Shown: positions 1 to 8,842 of the stretch, piece after piece
How the letters are laid out: every line of letters starts with the position of its first letter
Numbering within the stretch: the stretch's first letter is position 1
Sequence record: NC_070761.1
DNA: 24,000 nt
Source of the DNA: Gordonia phage GMA2
Direction: 5' to 3' (one strand)
Notes under the pieces: generated by a model
Told to the model about the DNA's origin: nothing
Databases searched by the model: none
The model's input: the letters and a program-made list of their open reading frames with translations, nothing else
Program-made: the position numbers and the translations under genes

Positions 1-356
1 ATAACAAGCGGATCAGGCGCGGTCACCTTGTAATCAGTCGTTGTTCCAACCGGCTCTCCGCGGATAGCTCCGCGGCGGACCCACTCGGCTATCTTTTCGA
101 TTCTCTTTTCTCGACTCGCCGTGTCTATAACGCGATCGGAAGTGCTCGGATGAGGAGTCGCGTCTGTTTCGGGCTTGTAGACTGGGCCACCCACTGATCG
201 CCTGTATTCGTACCTTGACGGCTCGATGCTGCCTACTGTAGCCTCATAGAGATCTCTTAGCTTTTTGATGGCGTCTAGAGCGAGCTCTTCGTCTGGCTTA
301 GACGTTGAGACTTCTGGAAGTGGCGGAACGTCTGTGGGCTTCTTATCGTCAGACAC
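1..356 (-). CDS. Hypothetical protein, partial (runs off left window edge); GTG start, missing from ORF track
   Basis: Open frame from GTG at 356 to window edge (VSDDKKPTDVPPLPEVSTSKPDEELALDAIKKLRDLYEATVG...); GAGGA just upstream. Confidence 0.65.
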   Translation of the reverse strand, partial: MSDDKKPTDVPPLPEVSTSKPDEELALDAIKKLRDLYEATVGSIEPSRYEYRRSVGGPVYKPETDATPHPSTSDRVIDTASREKRIEKIAEWVRRGAIRGEPVGTTTDYKVTAPDPLV

Positions 357-387
357 ACGATCCTCGTTTCTTGCTCTTAGTCTACAA

Positions 388-426
388 AATCTACGTTGAA
401 CGAGCTTGTTTCGTTCAACGTAGATT
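388..426 (-). terminator. 16-bp perfect inverted repeat, 7-nt loop
   Basis: AATCTACGTTGAACGA-gcttgtt-TCGTTCAACGTAGATT; on the minus strand followed by TTTG. Confidence 0.6.
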
Positions 427-455
427 ACTGTATCATAAACTATCTGGAATGTAAA
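427..455 (-). promoter_or_regulatory. Putative minus-strand promoter TTTACA-N17-TACAGT
   Basis: -35 TTTACA (450-455), extended -10 TGA-TACAGT (427-432), 17-nt spacer; matches other loci in the window. Confidence 0.5.
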
Positions 456-459
456 CTAG

Positions 460-909
460 CTATGCTGTAAGGCGTCTGGCTTCGCGCTTGCGTTCTCTTG
501 CGTCGATTCGCTTCTGCTTCTCAGCCAAGAAGTTATAGCACTTGGTGCACTGATCGTCCGTATGCCGATTGCGATAGCCCCTCGGCGGAGTCTGGAATCG
601 AGACTTGATCATGAACCGATTGCACGTATCGCACTTGAGAGGTTTCTCGCCGAAGGGAAGCAGCACCTGGCCTCCCCATACGCCCTCGAGCGTGTTCTCT
701 GTGCCCCACGCTAGACATTCAGCCATGTGAGGGCACTTACGGCAAAGGCGTCTCGCCTTCGAATACCTGCGATTGCGCTGTAGATCTGTCTCACCTCGTG
801 TCTCAATACGGAGGTCCCAGAGAAACGCGGGCCGAGTCTTGCAAACCGCTTGAGGAAAGTCTGGAAACGTGTCGAGCAGCGTCCAAACCTTAGATGAGGA
901 AGTCATCAA
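460..909 (-). CDS. whiB-like: WhiB-family transcriptional regulator with extra C-terminal CxxC...CxxC segment
   Basis: Cys pattern C...CRKCPHMAEC and GVWGG turn typical of WhiB. Confidence 0.85.
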   Translation of the reverse strand: MMTSSSKVWTLLDTFPDFPQAVCKTRPAFLWDLRIETRGETDLQRNRRYSKARRLCRKCPHMAECLAWGTENTLEGVWGGQVLLPFGEKPLKCDTCNRFMIKSRFQTPPRGYRNRHTDDQCTKCYNFLAEKQKRIDARERKREARRLTA

Positions 910-939
910 ATCAACAGCTCCTTGTAGTCGCTGGTACTG

Positions 940-1314
940 TCAGAGCCCGTGAGCTGCAAACGTCTTCTTATAGATCTTCAGAGGAGATTCCTTCAGCTCT
1001 TCGCCTTTGTAGGTGTCTGCTCTGTACTCGTCAAAGTCAACGTACTTCTTCATCCAGTCAACATACTCGTCTACGGTCCGTCTAAAGCCGTGCTTATCTC
1101 TAAACTCCGTAAAGCAGCCGTACGCAATTCCCACGGCGAGACAGTCGACAAAATAGTCGCTAAGACGAGCACGTTCACGCCAATGCGAACCAGCGGTCAG
1201 TACTTGATTAGCGTCACTTTCTCCGAAGTCAGCTACAAACTGACGGTAAGTAGCGGAGATACTGGCTACTTCTTCTGGAGTCTTCTCAGGCTCGATCACT
1301 CGACGTGTTGCCAT
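940..1314 (-). CDS. Hypothetical protein
   Basis: ORF in consistent minus-strand operon layout; no recognisable motif. Confidence 0.6.
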   Translation of the reverse strand: MATRRVIEPEKTPEEVASISATYRQFVADFGESDANQVLTAGSHWRERARLSDYFVDCLAVGIAYGCFTEFRDKHGFRRTVDEYVDWMKKYVDFDEYRADTYKGEELKESPLKIYKKTFAAHGL

Positions 1315-1386
1315 CGTGCTCTCCTTGTTCCTAGGTATCTGTCTCGATAATTCAAATGTACGTCTGGATGCGTCTCTAAGGCTCGA

Positions 1387-2679
1387 CTATGACGTAGTCG
1401 AATGTTCACGCATGGACGCGAGGTTATGCGCGGAGTGATCCGAGTAGCGCCATGGAGCATCATGCTCTACAGTCCACTTGTACGCATGCGTGATGTCGAT
1501 CTTCCGCTCACGCTCTCCGATGGTTTCTCCAAGGACGGTGCCACGGGATCCGTTGAGACTCTCGTAGACCCATGTGCCCAGCCAACGACCTGCATCAACT
1601 GGCACACCCTTGCCCGGGCAGAGCGTAAGCTTCTTGTAGTCACGGACTGCCCACAGTCTCCACGTATCAGGGAAGCCCTGAAGTCGGAAGCACTCTCGAT
1701 GAGTAAGCAGTCGAGGCTCTTTATAGTGGACCGATAGAGCAGGTCCGCTACCTGTGACGACGTGGCCCATCTTATCCGGATTCCACATGGAAGTCTGGTT
1801 GATCCCGAGATTGAAGTCCTTGGCTTTGATCTTGTCGATCCGACGCTCCCATTCGTGCGGAAGAGTCTCACCAGCTTCATATAGACGCTTGACCACAGCT
1901 GCTACGCCCTCGCCGGGTAGCCACGGCTGATTGATCTTTCTAGCTTGGATCATCAACTCTGAGAACCACGGGCTAGACTTGATCGAAAAATGACCGTCCA
2001 CGCCATCGGGAGCCCGACGAATGCCTGACCACCAGGTAGGAGGGCGTCTGTATGGCTGCTTGGACGGAGTAAGAGACAGACCCTCAAGATCTCGAATAGC
2101 ATCACCGAATCGAGCTACTCGCTCAGGCTGAGCGTACTCAACTCCGAACGGAATTCTCGAGTATGTCACGAAGACTCGCTTGCGCATACTCGCTCCGCCA
2201 ACAGAAGCGTTGCTCTGCATGATCCAGACGAGATCGTACTTGTGACCAGTCTCTTCTTCCAGACGGTCTCTCTGCTGCTGGTAATACTGACGGCCCGTCG
2301 TGAAAGCCTGCTGCACCGACTCGATCGAGATGATCTCTGGAGGTGTGACCATCCGAATGGCATAGTCAAAGACTTCGTCGGTGCACTGCATGACTTTCGC
2401 GTCCGCGCCGCGGAGATCCTTGCGAGTCAGAGTGCTCCATGCCGAGCAAGGAGGAGATGCGACGATGACGCGAGCATTCAGAGTTCGCCACTTCTTCTGA
2501 TCAGCTGTATGGTTCGACTCCCAGTCCCAACCCATCAGCTTGCGATTGGCTTCAACCACTGGAGAGCCAAGATCAAGACTTCCCGTACGGTGAATCAGCT
2601 CGAAGTCTGGATTACTCTGCAGAACTCCGAGCTCCATACCTCCGCCAAGTCCATTGACGGAGAGAATCTCGACGCTCAC
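1387..2679 (-). CDS. C5-cytosine DNA methyltransferase-like protein
   Basis: ASPPCSAWS (PC motif), SIESV at the ENV-motif position, RECFRLQGFPD, C-terminal KGVPVDAG (GNAV/P-like motif). Confidence 0.8.
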   Translation of the reverse strand: MSVEILSVNGLGGGMELGVLQSNPDFELIHRTGSLDLGSPVVEANRKLMGWDWESNHTADQKKWRTLNARVIVASPPCSAWSTLTRKDLRGADAKVMQCTDEVFDYAIRMVTPPEIISIESVQQAFTTGRQYYQQQRDRLEEETGHKYDLVWIMQSNASVGGASMRKRVFVTYSRIPFGVEYAQPERVARFGDAIRDLEGLSLTPSKQPYRRPPTWWSGIRRAPDGVDGHFSIKSSPWFSELMIQARKINQPWLPGEGVAAVVKRLYEAGETLPHEWERRIDKIKAKDFNLGINQTSMWNPDKMGHVVTGSGPALSVHYKEPRLLTHRECFRLQGFPDTWRLWAVRDYKKLTLCPGKGVPVDAGRWLGTWVYESLNGSRGTVLGETIGERERKIDITHAYKWTVEHDAPWRYSDHSAHNLASMREHSTTS

Positions 2680-3224
2680 AGCTCTGCGATCACTTCACCG
2701 TTGGGAAGTGACACCGAAGCGTTGTGAGTGAAGGTGTGATCACAAGCAAGGCAATGAAGACGGACAAGAACAGGAACACCATGGCTTCCTCGGATCAAAT
2801 TGATCTCGTAGGCGCCATCGCGGTCCAACTCACGGCGGCAATTCGGGCACTTGTTCTTACTAGCTTCGTAGCCACCCTCCTTAGCCATGCGCTCACGATT
2901 GCGCTGCATCTTATTGTTGTACGCTTCCCAGTATTCTTTGTCTGTCGCCCTAGCAGCGAGAAGAGCGTTAGCAATGAAGTGGCAAGCGTCCACTGCTTCA
3001 CTGATGAATGCTTCACGATTCTTGAACTCGCCAGCGGGATCTGTGCTCCACGGCTTCCAGTTCATTTCGTCTAGCATCTCGTGCAGCTCAGCCGTCGCTG
3101 CGAGAATCTGTGTACGCACGTAATCAGCGCGCTCTTCACCCTCTTTCTTAGCTGGCTCGTTATTGAAGTAGTCACGCTGAAGATCTGCAGTTTCTTCAAG
3201 CCAGGTGTTGGGCCGAATAGTCAT
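2676..3224 (-). CDS. All-alpha NTP pyrophosphatase (dUTPase/MazG-like) with C-terminal zinc-ribbon-like segment
   Basis: ELHEMLDEMNWKPW...EAVDACHFIANAL resembles ExxE...ExxD; CPNCRRE...CLAC. Start probably the internal Met MTIRPNTW rather than 3260. Confidence 0.55.
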   Translation of the reverse strand: MTIRPNTWLEETADLQRDYFNNEPAKKEGEERADYVRTQILAATAELHEMLDEMNWKPWSTDPAGEFKNREAFISEAVDACHFIANALLAARATDKEYWEAYNNKMQRNRERMAKEGGYEASKNKCPNCRRELDRDGAYEINLIRGSHGVPVLVRLHCLACDHTFTHNASVSLPNGEVIAEL

Positions 3225-3367
3225 AGACGTTTTCCTCTTCTGGTGAACAGTCTCAAGCATCTAGAGCAGAGACTGAGATGTGAGTCAGCAATGAAATCTG
3301 AACGGCATATCTGACAGAGAATTTGCTGTTCTTCGTCTTGCTTGGGCATTAGCTTCGCTCAGTTTCG

Positions 3368-3396
3368 ATTATATCACGGCTTGTGCGAAAGTAGAA
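3368..3396 (-). promoter_or_regulatory. Putative promoter TTCTAC-N17-TATAAT (GTGATATAAT)
   Basis: -10 TATAAT (3368-3373) with TGA extension, 17-nt spacer, -35 TTCTAC (3391-3396). Confidence 0.45.
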
Positions 3397-4360
3397 CATT
3401 CTCAAGAGCTTGGGCCGTCGACACTGAACTGCTGTTGTTGATAGCCTGCTTTTGCGCTTCAGCTAGGTCATCTCGCTCTTGCTTGCTCATAAGTTCAATA
3501 CTGGCCGGCAAAGCCTCAAACGGCTCACCAAGCGTCGGACCGAGCACTCGCCAGTCGCTGGCCACAGGAACACCCAACGAGACACTGATCTGCACGTCAG
3601 GAGTCCAGACCGTGGCTGGAATCAGAAGACCGCTCATCTCTGCGATCATATGCGGATTCGCTTTGAGGTTCTCGACCGGCCACTTCTCGACGCCCATCTT
3701 CATGATAGCTCGAGATGTAGTGTCCCACATCGTACCCCAAGTCGGAGTGTCAGGCTCGATGCTTTTCACGTCTTCGTAGAGAAAAGCAGGTGACGGATCA
3801 AACGAGATGACCTTGTCCGCCGCGGGACGGCAAATAGCGTTGCCCGCGGTATAGCCAAGATCAAACGTCCAAGACGGAACAAGCAGCGGCCAGAAGTCTT
3901 CACGTCCCCCGGCGAGCTGCTCCACGATGTTCATGTGCTCTTTGAAGATCACGCCATCCATGTCTTCAAGATAGCTCCACTCACGCTTGTACATGAAGAA
4001 CGGCTTAGCGTAGTCTGTCTGACGCTTGATGATCGTCTTGAACTCTCGACCGATCTTGCTCGTAGACGTGTCATCCACGTATAGAGCCACGGAGTCTTCG
4101 TAGTCGTGAATGGCCTGGATCGCTTGATAGCAGTAAGACGTTCCAAGACCTTTGAGCGGACCCAGTCCCACGATGACGAAATCGTACTCCCTGTGGCCTC
4201 CAGACGCAATGGAATGCTCGATCGAGTATCTACCCACAGTAGCGGTGATTCCGGGCATCGCGTTCAGAGTCTCTTTCATCACGCCAGCTAGAGTCTTGAC
4301 GCCAGATCGAGTCTTCTCGTTGACGTGCTGTGATGTCATTCCTGTGATGAGAATCTTCAT
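3374..4360 (-). CDS. Putative glycosyltransferase-like protein, related in layout to the 5941-7011 product
   Basis: MKILITGMTSQ... Rossmann-like start; segment GLGPLKGLGTSYCYQAIQAI parallels GISPMIAVGSRYLYGALDAI of the 5941-7011 product. Confidence 0.45.
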   Translation of the reverse strand: MKILITGMTSQHVNEKTRSGVKTLAGVMKETLNAMPGITATVGRYSIEHSIASGGHREYDFVIVGLGPLKGLGTSYCYQAIQAIHDYEDSVALYVDDTSTSKIGREFKTIIKRQTDYAKPFFMYKREWSYLEDMDGVIFKEHMNIVEQLAGGREDFWPLLVPSWTFDLGYTAGNAICRPAADKVISFDPSPAFLYEDVKSIEPDTPTWGTMWDTTSRAIMKMGVEKWPVENLKANPHMIAEMSGLLIPATVWTPDVQISVSLGVPVASDWRVLGPTLGEPFEALPASIELMSKQERDDLAEAQKQAINNSSSVSTAQALENVLLSHKP

Positions 4361-4361
4361 G

Positions 4362-5549
4362 TCAGAGATCCAACGCTTTCAGGTATGCCGAGGCTGCTCG
4401 AGTCGCGTCGTGAGCCTGAAGAATGACCTCGCGATTCTTCTCCTGCCAGAACGCGTTGCGACTCTTCGCAAGATCAAGAGCGTCTCGCATGCAGTCGACC
4501 ATAGGAGCGTACGTGACGGGTGCTGACTTCGTCATGTCATTGAAAATCGGACGGCCGTTGCGAAGAACGTTGACGGCTGACATCGCAGCTGGGATGAACT
4601 CAGGCTTTGCGTCATACATCGTCTTTGGCACATCGTCTGGAGCAATGACAGCGCATCCAGCGTTGAACGCCTCAAGAGTGGTGTACTCGAAATGATTGCG
4701 TGAAGCTCGAGTCGCGGTCATGTTGACGTAGACTTTGACTCGATTGAGAATGGTTGGAACTTCATCATACTGGAATCCGCCGGAGTAATGAATCGTAGAC
4801 TCATTGAAGCGGAGCGTCCAGGTGGACTTCATCTTCTCGCCACCCTTGATGAGAATCCATCCACGCTCTTCGAGCATCTTACGGATCGTGTGGATCAGAG
4901 GCCCGCCGGGGAGATCATTCGGTGCACCAGCGATGAGAACACGAAGCCCCTCGGCGCTCTGCTCAGCAAGAGTAGCAGCTGCGACAGCGAAGCCGAACGC
5001 GCCCTTGCGAGGATCTACACGACCGACGAACCCGAGATCATAGTGCCGTGCCTTAGTCGGCATACGCATGAGCTTAGGCGGCTGGTAGATGTACGGAAGA
5101 ACCGAATCAACCCACTGGACGTCTGGATCCTCAAGAGGATTCTCCCAGAAACGGACGTATTTGCCAGACCACATCGGAGATCGCTTCACGATCTCATGAG
5201 CCTCGAGCATAGTCTTCATGACGTCATTTCCGTGCCAGCCAGTTGTGAGCTTGACATGCTTCAAAGCCGGATCTGAGATGACTCTCGGCACGTACTTGTC
5301 AGGAAAGTACGTGTTGCTGAGGACTACACCATCGTATTCGCTGAGAATGGGCAGAAGCTCCTGGTGACTCACTGGCGTCGCATAATCCAAAGCCTGATTC
5401 GACCATCGGCTACGTGCAGAAAGTCGCACAGCGTACGCCTGGACGTCAACATCCAGATCCTGAAATCCGTAATATGCGTTGTACAGCGCCGTTTCAGTAC
5501 CGCCTACGAAAGTAGGCGATGTGAGCAGACATGCGATCTTAGGTGTCAT
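4362..5549 (-). CDS. Glycosyltransferase family 4-like (GT-B) protein
   Basis: YDLGFVGRVDPRKGAFG..., VPTILNRVKVYVNMTATRASRNHFEYTTLEAFNAGCAVIAPD: GT4-type acceptor/donor motifs. Confidence 0.8.
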   Translation of the reverse strand: MTPKIACLLTSPTFVGGTETALYNAYYGFQDLDVDVQAYAVRLSARSRWSNQALDYATPVSHQELLPILSEYDGVVLSNTYFPDKYVPRVISDPALKHVKLTTGWHGNDVMKTMLEAHEIVKRSPMWSGKYVRFWENPLEDPDVQWVDSVLPYIYQPPKLMRMPTKARHYDLGFVGRVDPRKGAFGFAVAAATLAEQSAEGLRVLIAGAPNDLPGGPLIHTIRKMLEERGWILIKGGEKMKSTWTLRFNESTIHYSGGFQYDEVPTILNRVKVYVNMTATRASRNHFEYTTLEAFNAGCAVIAPDDVPKTMYDAKPEFIPAAMSAVNVLRNGRPIFNDMTKSAPVTYAPMVDCMRDALDLAKSRNAFWQEKNREVILQAHDATRAASAYLKALDL

Positions 5550-5944
5550 CAGATTGCTTCCTTCACTCGAGTTGACCGCCTACGCTTATTGTCGCTATGA
5601 GCATCTGCGGTGGTCGTGCTTGCTTCTCCCGCACCAGACACACTCGTCATCGCCGCTTGACGCATCATGTCCATCGTCTGGCCGGGTCCCATAAAACCCG
5701 GAGTAGCGGGAGCCTCCTCGCCTCGTTGTTTAGCAGTCACCCGGCGAACCGAAAGAGCGATCACCTGGTCAGTGCTTTCAAATGCAGGAGTGCACATGAT
5801 CATCACGGCAGTTGCGAGACCGCGACCGAGACCTGCGAGCTTTGCATACTCGACGCTGTCTCTATCGTCTCGCTCTAGCGCATCTGAAGTGATGCCATCA
5901 AGCTCGTTCCAAAGCGTCTGAACCAAGGACGGACCCGCAGTCAT
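5549..5944 (-). CDS. Hypothetical protein
   Basis: Overlaps neighbours at start/stop (translationally coupled). Confidence 0.6.
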   Translation of the reverse strand: MTAGPSLVQTLWNELDGITSDALERDDRDSVEYAKLAGLGRGLATAVMIMCTPAFESTDQVIALSVRRVTAKQRGEEAPATPGFMGPGQTMDMMRQAAMTSVSGAGEASTTTADAHSDNKRRRSTRVKEAI

Positions 5945-7011
5945 GAGATGTCCTCCTTTGCAAGCTTGATCGCTTCAGACCAGGTATATTGCAGAGAATC
6001 GAGAGGCTCGACCTGATGAGCCTGGCGCTGTGCGAATGCGAGCTGACTCAGCTGGTCGTTGTTAAGCGACTCGATCTCTGAGACAGTGTTGACGAACTCG
6101 GGACCCATCAGCCGCATCTCGACGTCATCTCCATAGATGATTCCGCCGTTCTTGAGGATGAAGTCCCAGCGAGAACGCCACCAACCACAGCCGGTCAGAG
6201 CGTGAGCAGGAGCGAGACCGCCCCATGTCTCTGCGTAGTGCGTGTGAATCTCGGACTCCTGCACCCGCTGCGTGAAGCCCTTCTTACCGTCCTCACCTGC
6301 ATCGGTTCGAGTCTTTCCACCGAAGTACCGGATCGGCCAAGAAAATTGCTGCTGATCTACCCACTCAGAGTAATCACCGAGAGCGGCAAGCACCCACTCG
6401 CGCTGTCGAAGGTTTTTGGGTGCGCGATTGTCTGCTGGCGCCCAAAGACCCGAAGTCACGGCAGTCGGGTCGAAGTAGTGCAGGCGCCGGGAAGGAATGT
6501 TCTTGGAAATGAGCGGCATGTCATTTCGCCACGGATGCGCGGGAATCATTGTTGCCGGCCAAGGGTTGTCGTTCATCGCTTGAACGACTCGGAGCAGCTC
6601 AGCCTCGTGATGCTGCGCCCATAGGAAATCTGTACGGTGACGCATGAATGACTTGGTGAGCCGATGAGGGCCGTTCAAGATCGTTCGGACGGCCGATGTC
6701 AGAAGTCCGACCTGCCAGTCCGAGATGAACCACAGCATCGGAGTGTTGGTTGCTCGTGCTTTGCCGATAGCGTCCAGCGCGCCGTAGAGATACCGCGAGC
6801 CCACCGCGATCATTGGCGAGATGCCCATGACTAGCAAGTCAGTCTCTTTGAGAAGATCAAGATTGGTCTCTGCACGCAGAGGCTCATTGATCGTGTCGTA
6901 TCCGAGAGACTCGAGGATCACCTTGATACCTGGTGAAAGCGCTGGGTAGCCTACTTTGACAGATCCAGCAGCCTGCTCACTCGTGAATCCTGAGATCACG
7001 GCGTTTGGCAT
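5941..7011 (-). CDS. Putative glycosyltransferase-like protein, related in layout to the 3374-4360 product
   Basis: Long ORF, similar N-terminal architecture to the 3374-4360 product (see above). Confidence 0.45.
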   Translation of the reverse strand: MPNAVISGFTSEQAAGSVKVGYPALSPGIKVILESLGYDTINEPLRAETNLDLLKETDLLVMGISPMIAVGSRYLYGALDAIGKARATNTPMLWFISDWQVGLLTSAVRTILNGPHRLTKSFMRHRTDFLWAQHHEAELLRVVQAMNDNPWPATMIPAHPWRNDMPLISKNIPSRRLHYFDPTAVTSGLWAPADNRAPKNLRQREWVLAALGDYSEWVDQQQFSWPIRYFGGKTRTDAGEDGKKGFTQRVQESEIHTHYAETWGGLAPAHALTGCGWWRSRWDFILKNGGIIYGDDVEMRLMGPEFVNTVSEIESLNNDQLSQLAFAQRQAHQVEPLDSLQYTWSEAIKLAKEDIS

Positions 7012-7053
7012 ATTCGTTCCCTTCTTAGTGAGTGAGTAATTTAGAGCGTGAAG

Positions 7054-7587
7054 TTAGTGTTTTTCTTTGACACGATCAGTCATCTCTATCTCTGTGTGTT
7101 TCTTGATTGACTGATGTCTTCTCACCGCGCGTAGCGTTGACTCCAAACCGCAAGTGCAGCATATTGCGATATAGTCAACACTCTTTAGTCTTCCGGCCGA
7201 TATGCTTTGTGAGATTTGTTCTTTAGTCTTGAGTTTCGGCTTTGGTGAACGAAGATTTTGAGGAATCCAGCAACCCACTCCGCGGGGATGATTATTGAGA
7301 CCGTTCATATGAGTGTCTAGAATCGCTATCCACTTTTCTTCATCGCACGCTCTAGCATGCTCTTCTAGAATTTGGATGTGAACTTGACAGTGATTTGCTC
7401 GTATCCACGCATGGACTCTAGATTGGCTTCCCGACTTGGCCTTGTATTTATGGAGTCGAAGCCGCTCTCTGTAGTCTATAGTCGTAGCGCCTACGTACTG
7501 GTAGTCGTAGTCGCCAAGATGCAGAGCGTAGATAATGTAAGTGCCCTCAGCCGGACTCGAACCGACATCGTCATGTTTAGAAGACAT
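7054..7587 (-). mobile_element. GIY-YIG homing endonuclease, free-standing
   Basis: YIIYALHLGDYDYQYVGATTIDYRERLRLHK...NHPRGVG typical GIY-YIG N-terminal domain; C-terminal Cys-rich segment. Confidence 0.8.
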
Positions 7588-7631
7588 GTGCCTTATCCTT
7601 TAGACCATGAGGGCGGAAACTGATTTTTAGT

Positions 7632-7679
7632 GAGCTGGAGATGATCTCAATCGTAGATGATAGAAATCATCTCCAGCTC
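7632..7679. terminator. 14-bp perfect inverted repeat downstream of the tRNA array
   Basis: GAGCTGGAGATGAT ... ATCATCTCCAGCTC, 20-nt loop. Confidence 0.5.
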
Positions 7680-7732
7680 TGATACAGAAAGTGAGTGATC
7701 GGCACTCTTTCAGTGGAAGACTCTCTGCATCG

Positions 7733-7804
7733 AGCCCCATAGGAGAATCGAACTCCTGTATCCGCTTTACAAGAGCGGTGCATCTGCCAATATGCTAATG
7801 GGGC
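7733..7804 (-). tRNA. tRNA-Thr(TGT)
   Basis: GCCCCAT...CCGCT-CTTGTAA-AGCGG...AGGAG-TTCGATT-CTCCT-ATGGGGC-T. Confidence 0.92.
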
Positions 7805-7925
7805 GGGTGGCCAGGGACTAGCTAGCATAGCCCGTTAGGCCTTGACGTACTTTCCGGTTGTACGGACCAGAGTTGCGTCTTGCTTATCCGCTCTCGGCTG
7901 TACATCCGAAAAGAGCGGCTGACCG

Positions 7926-8002
7926 TACCGGAGACGGGAATCGAACCCGCGTCTTACCTGGAGTGAAAATCCAGTTGCCCCTACCAGCAGAGCAACTCCG
8001 GC
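7926..8002 (-). tRNA. tRNA-Glu(TTC)
   Basis: GCCGGAG...CTGGA-TTTTCAC-TCCAG...GCGGG-TTCGATT-CCCGT-CTCCGGT-A. Confidence 0.88.
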
Positions 8003-8006
8003 TCAG

Positions 8007-8089
8007 CGGTGAGTTGACGAATCGAACGCCACGCCCTAAGACGCGCTTCCGCTAGCAACGGAGCCTTGACCCAGTCAAGATAACTCACC
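8007..8089 (-). tRNA. tRNA-Ser(GCT), class II, divergent
   Basis: GGTGAGT...loop TTGCTAG...long variable arm...TGGCG-TTCGATT-CGTCA-ACTCACC-G. Confidence 0.8.
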
Positions 8090-8168
8090 ATTAGCTGTTT
8101 ACCGCGCCCATGGAACGCGAGAGGTTGCCGTCCTAGTTCGGTGTTCGGGAGTCCAGAACCATCTCCAG

Positions 8169-8252
8169 CGGAGAGTAGAGGAGTCGAACCCCCGGAATGG
8201 ATACCGTATAGCGGTTTTCAAGACCGCTTGCTACACCAGTAGCATACTCTCC
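8169..8252 (-). tRNA. tRNA-Ser(TGA), class II
   Basis: GGAGAGT...GCGGT-CTTGAAA-ACCGC, long variable arm, GGTTCGACTCC, ACTCTCC-G. Confidence 0.9.
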
Positions 8253-8255
8253 CTG

Positions 8256-8327
8256 TGCTCCCACTAGGATTTGAACCTAGGACCTACGGATTAAGAGTCC
8301 GCAGCTCTACCGCTGAGCTATAGGAGC
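8256..8327 (-). tRNA. tRNA-Lys(CTT)
   Basis: GCTCCTA...GCGGA-CTCTTAA-TCCGT...CTAGG-TTCAAAT-CCTAG-TGGGAGC-A. Confidence 0.92.
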
Positions 8328-8330
8328 TTG

Positions 8331-8401
8331 TGGGTCCCCAGGGAGTCGAACCCTGTTCTGCTGGGTAAAAGCCAGCGGTAATGCCGTTATACGAGAGACC
8401 C
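8331..8401 (-). tRNA. tRNA-Lys(TTT)
   Basis: GGGTCTC...GCTGG-CTTTTAC-CCAGC...CAGGG-TTCGACT-CCCTG-GGGACCC-A. Confidence 0.88.
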
Positions 8402-8422
8402 TGTTAAGTTGTCGTTGAATAG

Positions 8423-8428
8423 ATTATA
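8423..8428 (-). promoter_or_regulatory. Possible internal promoter -10 (GTGATATAAT) ahead of tRNA-Lys(TTT)
   Basis: TATAAT with TGA extension as at 3368 and 14220; -35 is poor. Confidence 0.3.
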
Positions 8429-8582
8429 TCACATGCTTGCTCGGAAAGATATACCGTCTTTCCTGGGCTAGTTTGAGATACAAACTTGCCCCGGCCGACT
8501 ACTTCAGCGCGAAGCCTTCAGACGACCGGGGACAAGACTTTGATGAATCAACCAATTAAGCGCTCCGGGCTACCGGAATGCG

Positions 8583-8655
8583 TACCGCATACGGGAATCG
8601 AACCCGTAGTCTTCTGATTGAGAATCAGATGAGATAACCGTTACTCCAATGCGGC
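8583..8655 (-). tRNA. tRNA-Glu(CTC)
   Basis: GCCGCAT...TCTGA-TTCTCAA-TCAGA...ACGGG-TTCGATT-CCCGT-ATGCGGT-A. Confidence 0.9.
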
Positions 8656-8743
8656 TTAGATCGCCAGGATAGCCCCACCAGGGCTTGGAATCGAACCGCT
8701 ATCCCGACTAATACGTAGCAACCCGTCGGCTTCTACGCATTTG

Positions 8744-8827
8744 TACCCCACAAGGGACTCGAACCCTCACGCCCTAAAGGACACTAGATCCTAAATCTAG
8801 CGCGTCTGCCAATTTCGCCAATGGGGC
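8744..8827 (-). tRNA. tRNA-Leu(TAG), class II
   Basis: GCCCCAT...CTAGA-TTTAGGA-TCTAG, variable arm, GAGGG-TTCGAGT-CCCTT-GTGGGGT-A. Confidence 0.92.
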
Positions 8828-8842
8828 TTGCTACTGCGCGCG

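Noticed and set aside
7858-8055. Plus-strand ORFs through the tRNA array (7858..8055, 8821..9111) and minus 8831..9067
   Set aside because: They translate tRNA genes (GNRTRVLPGVK-type artefacts).
8090-8168. Possible structured RNA in the gap between the two tRNA-Ser genes
   Set aside because: Only weak interrupted pairing (GAG-A-GGTT / AACC-AT-CTC); not clearly above chance.
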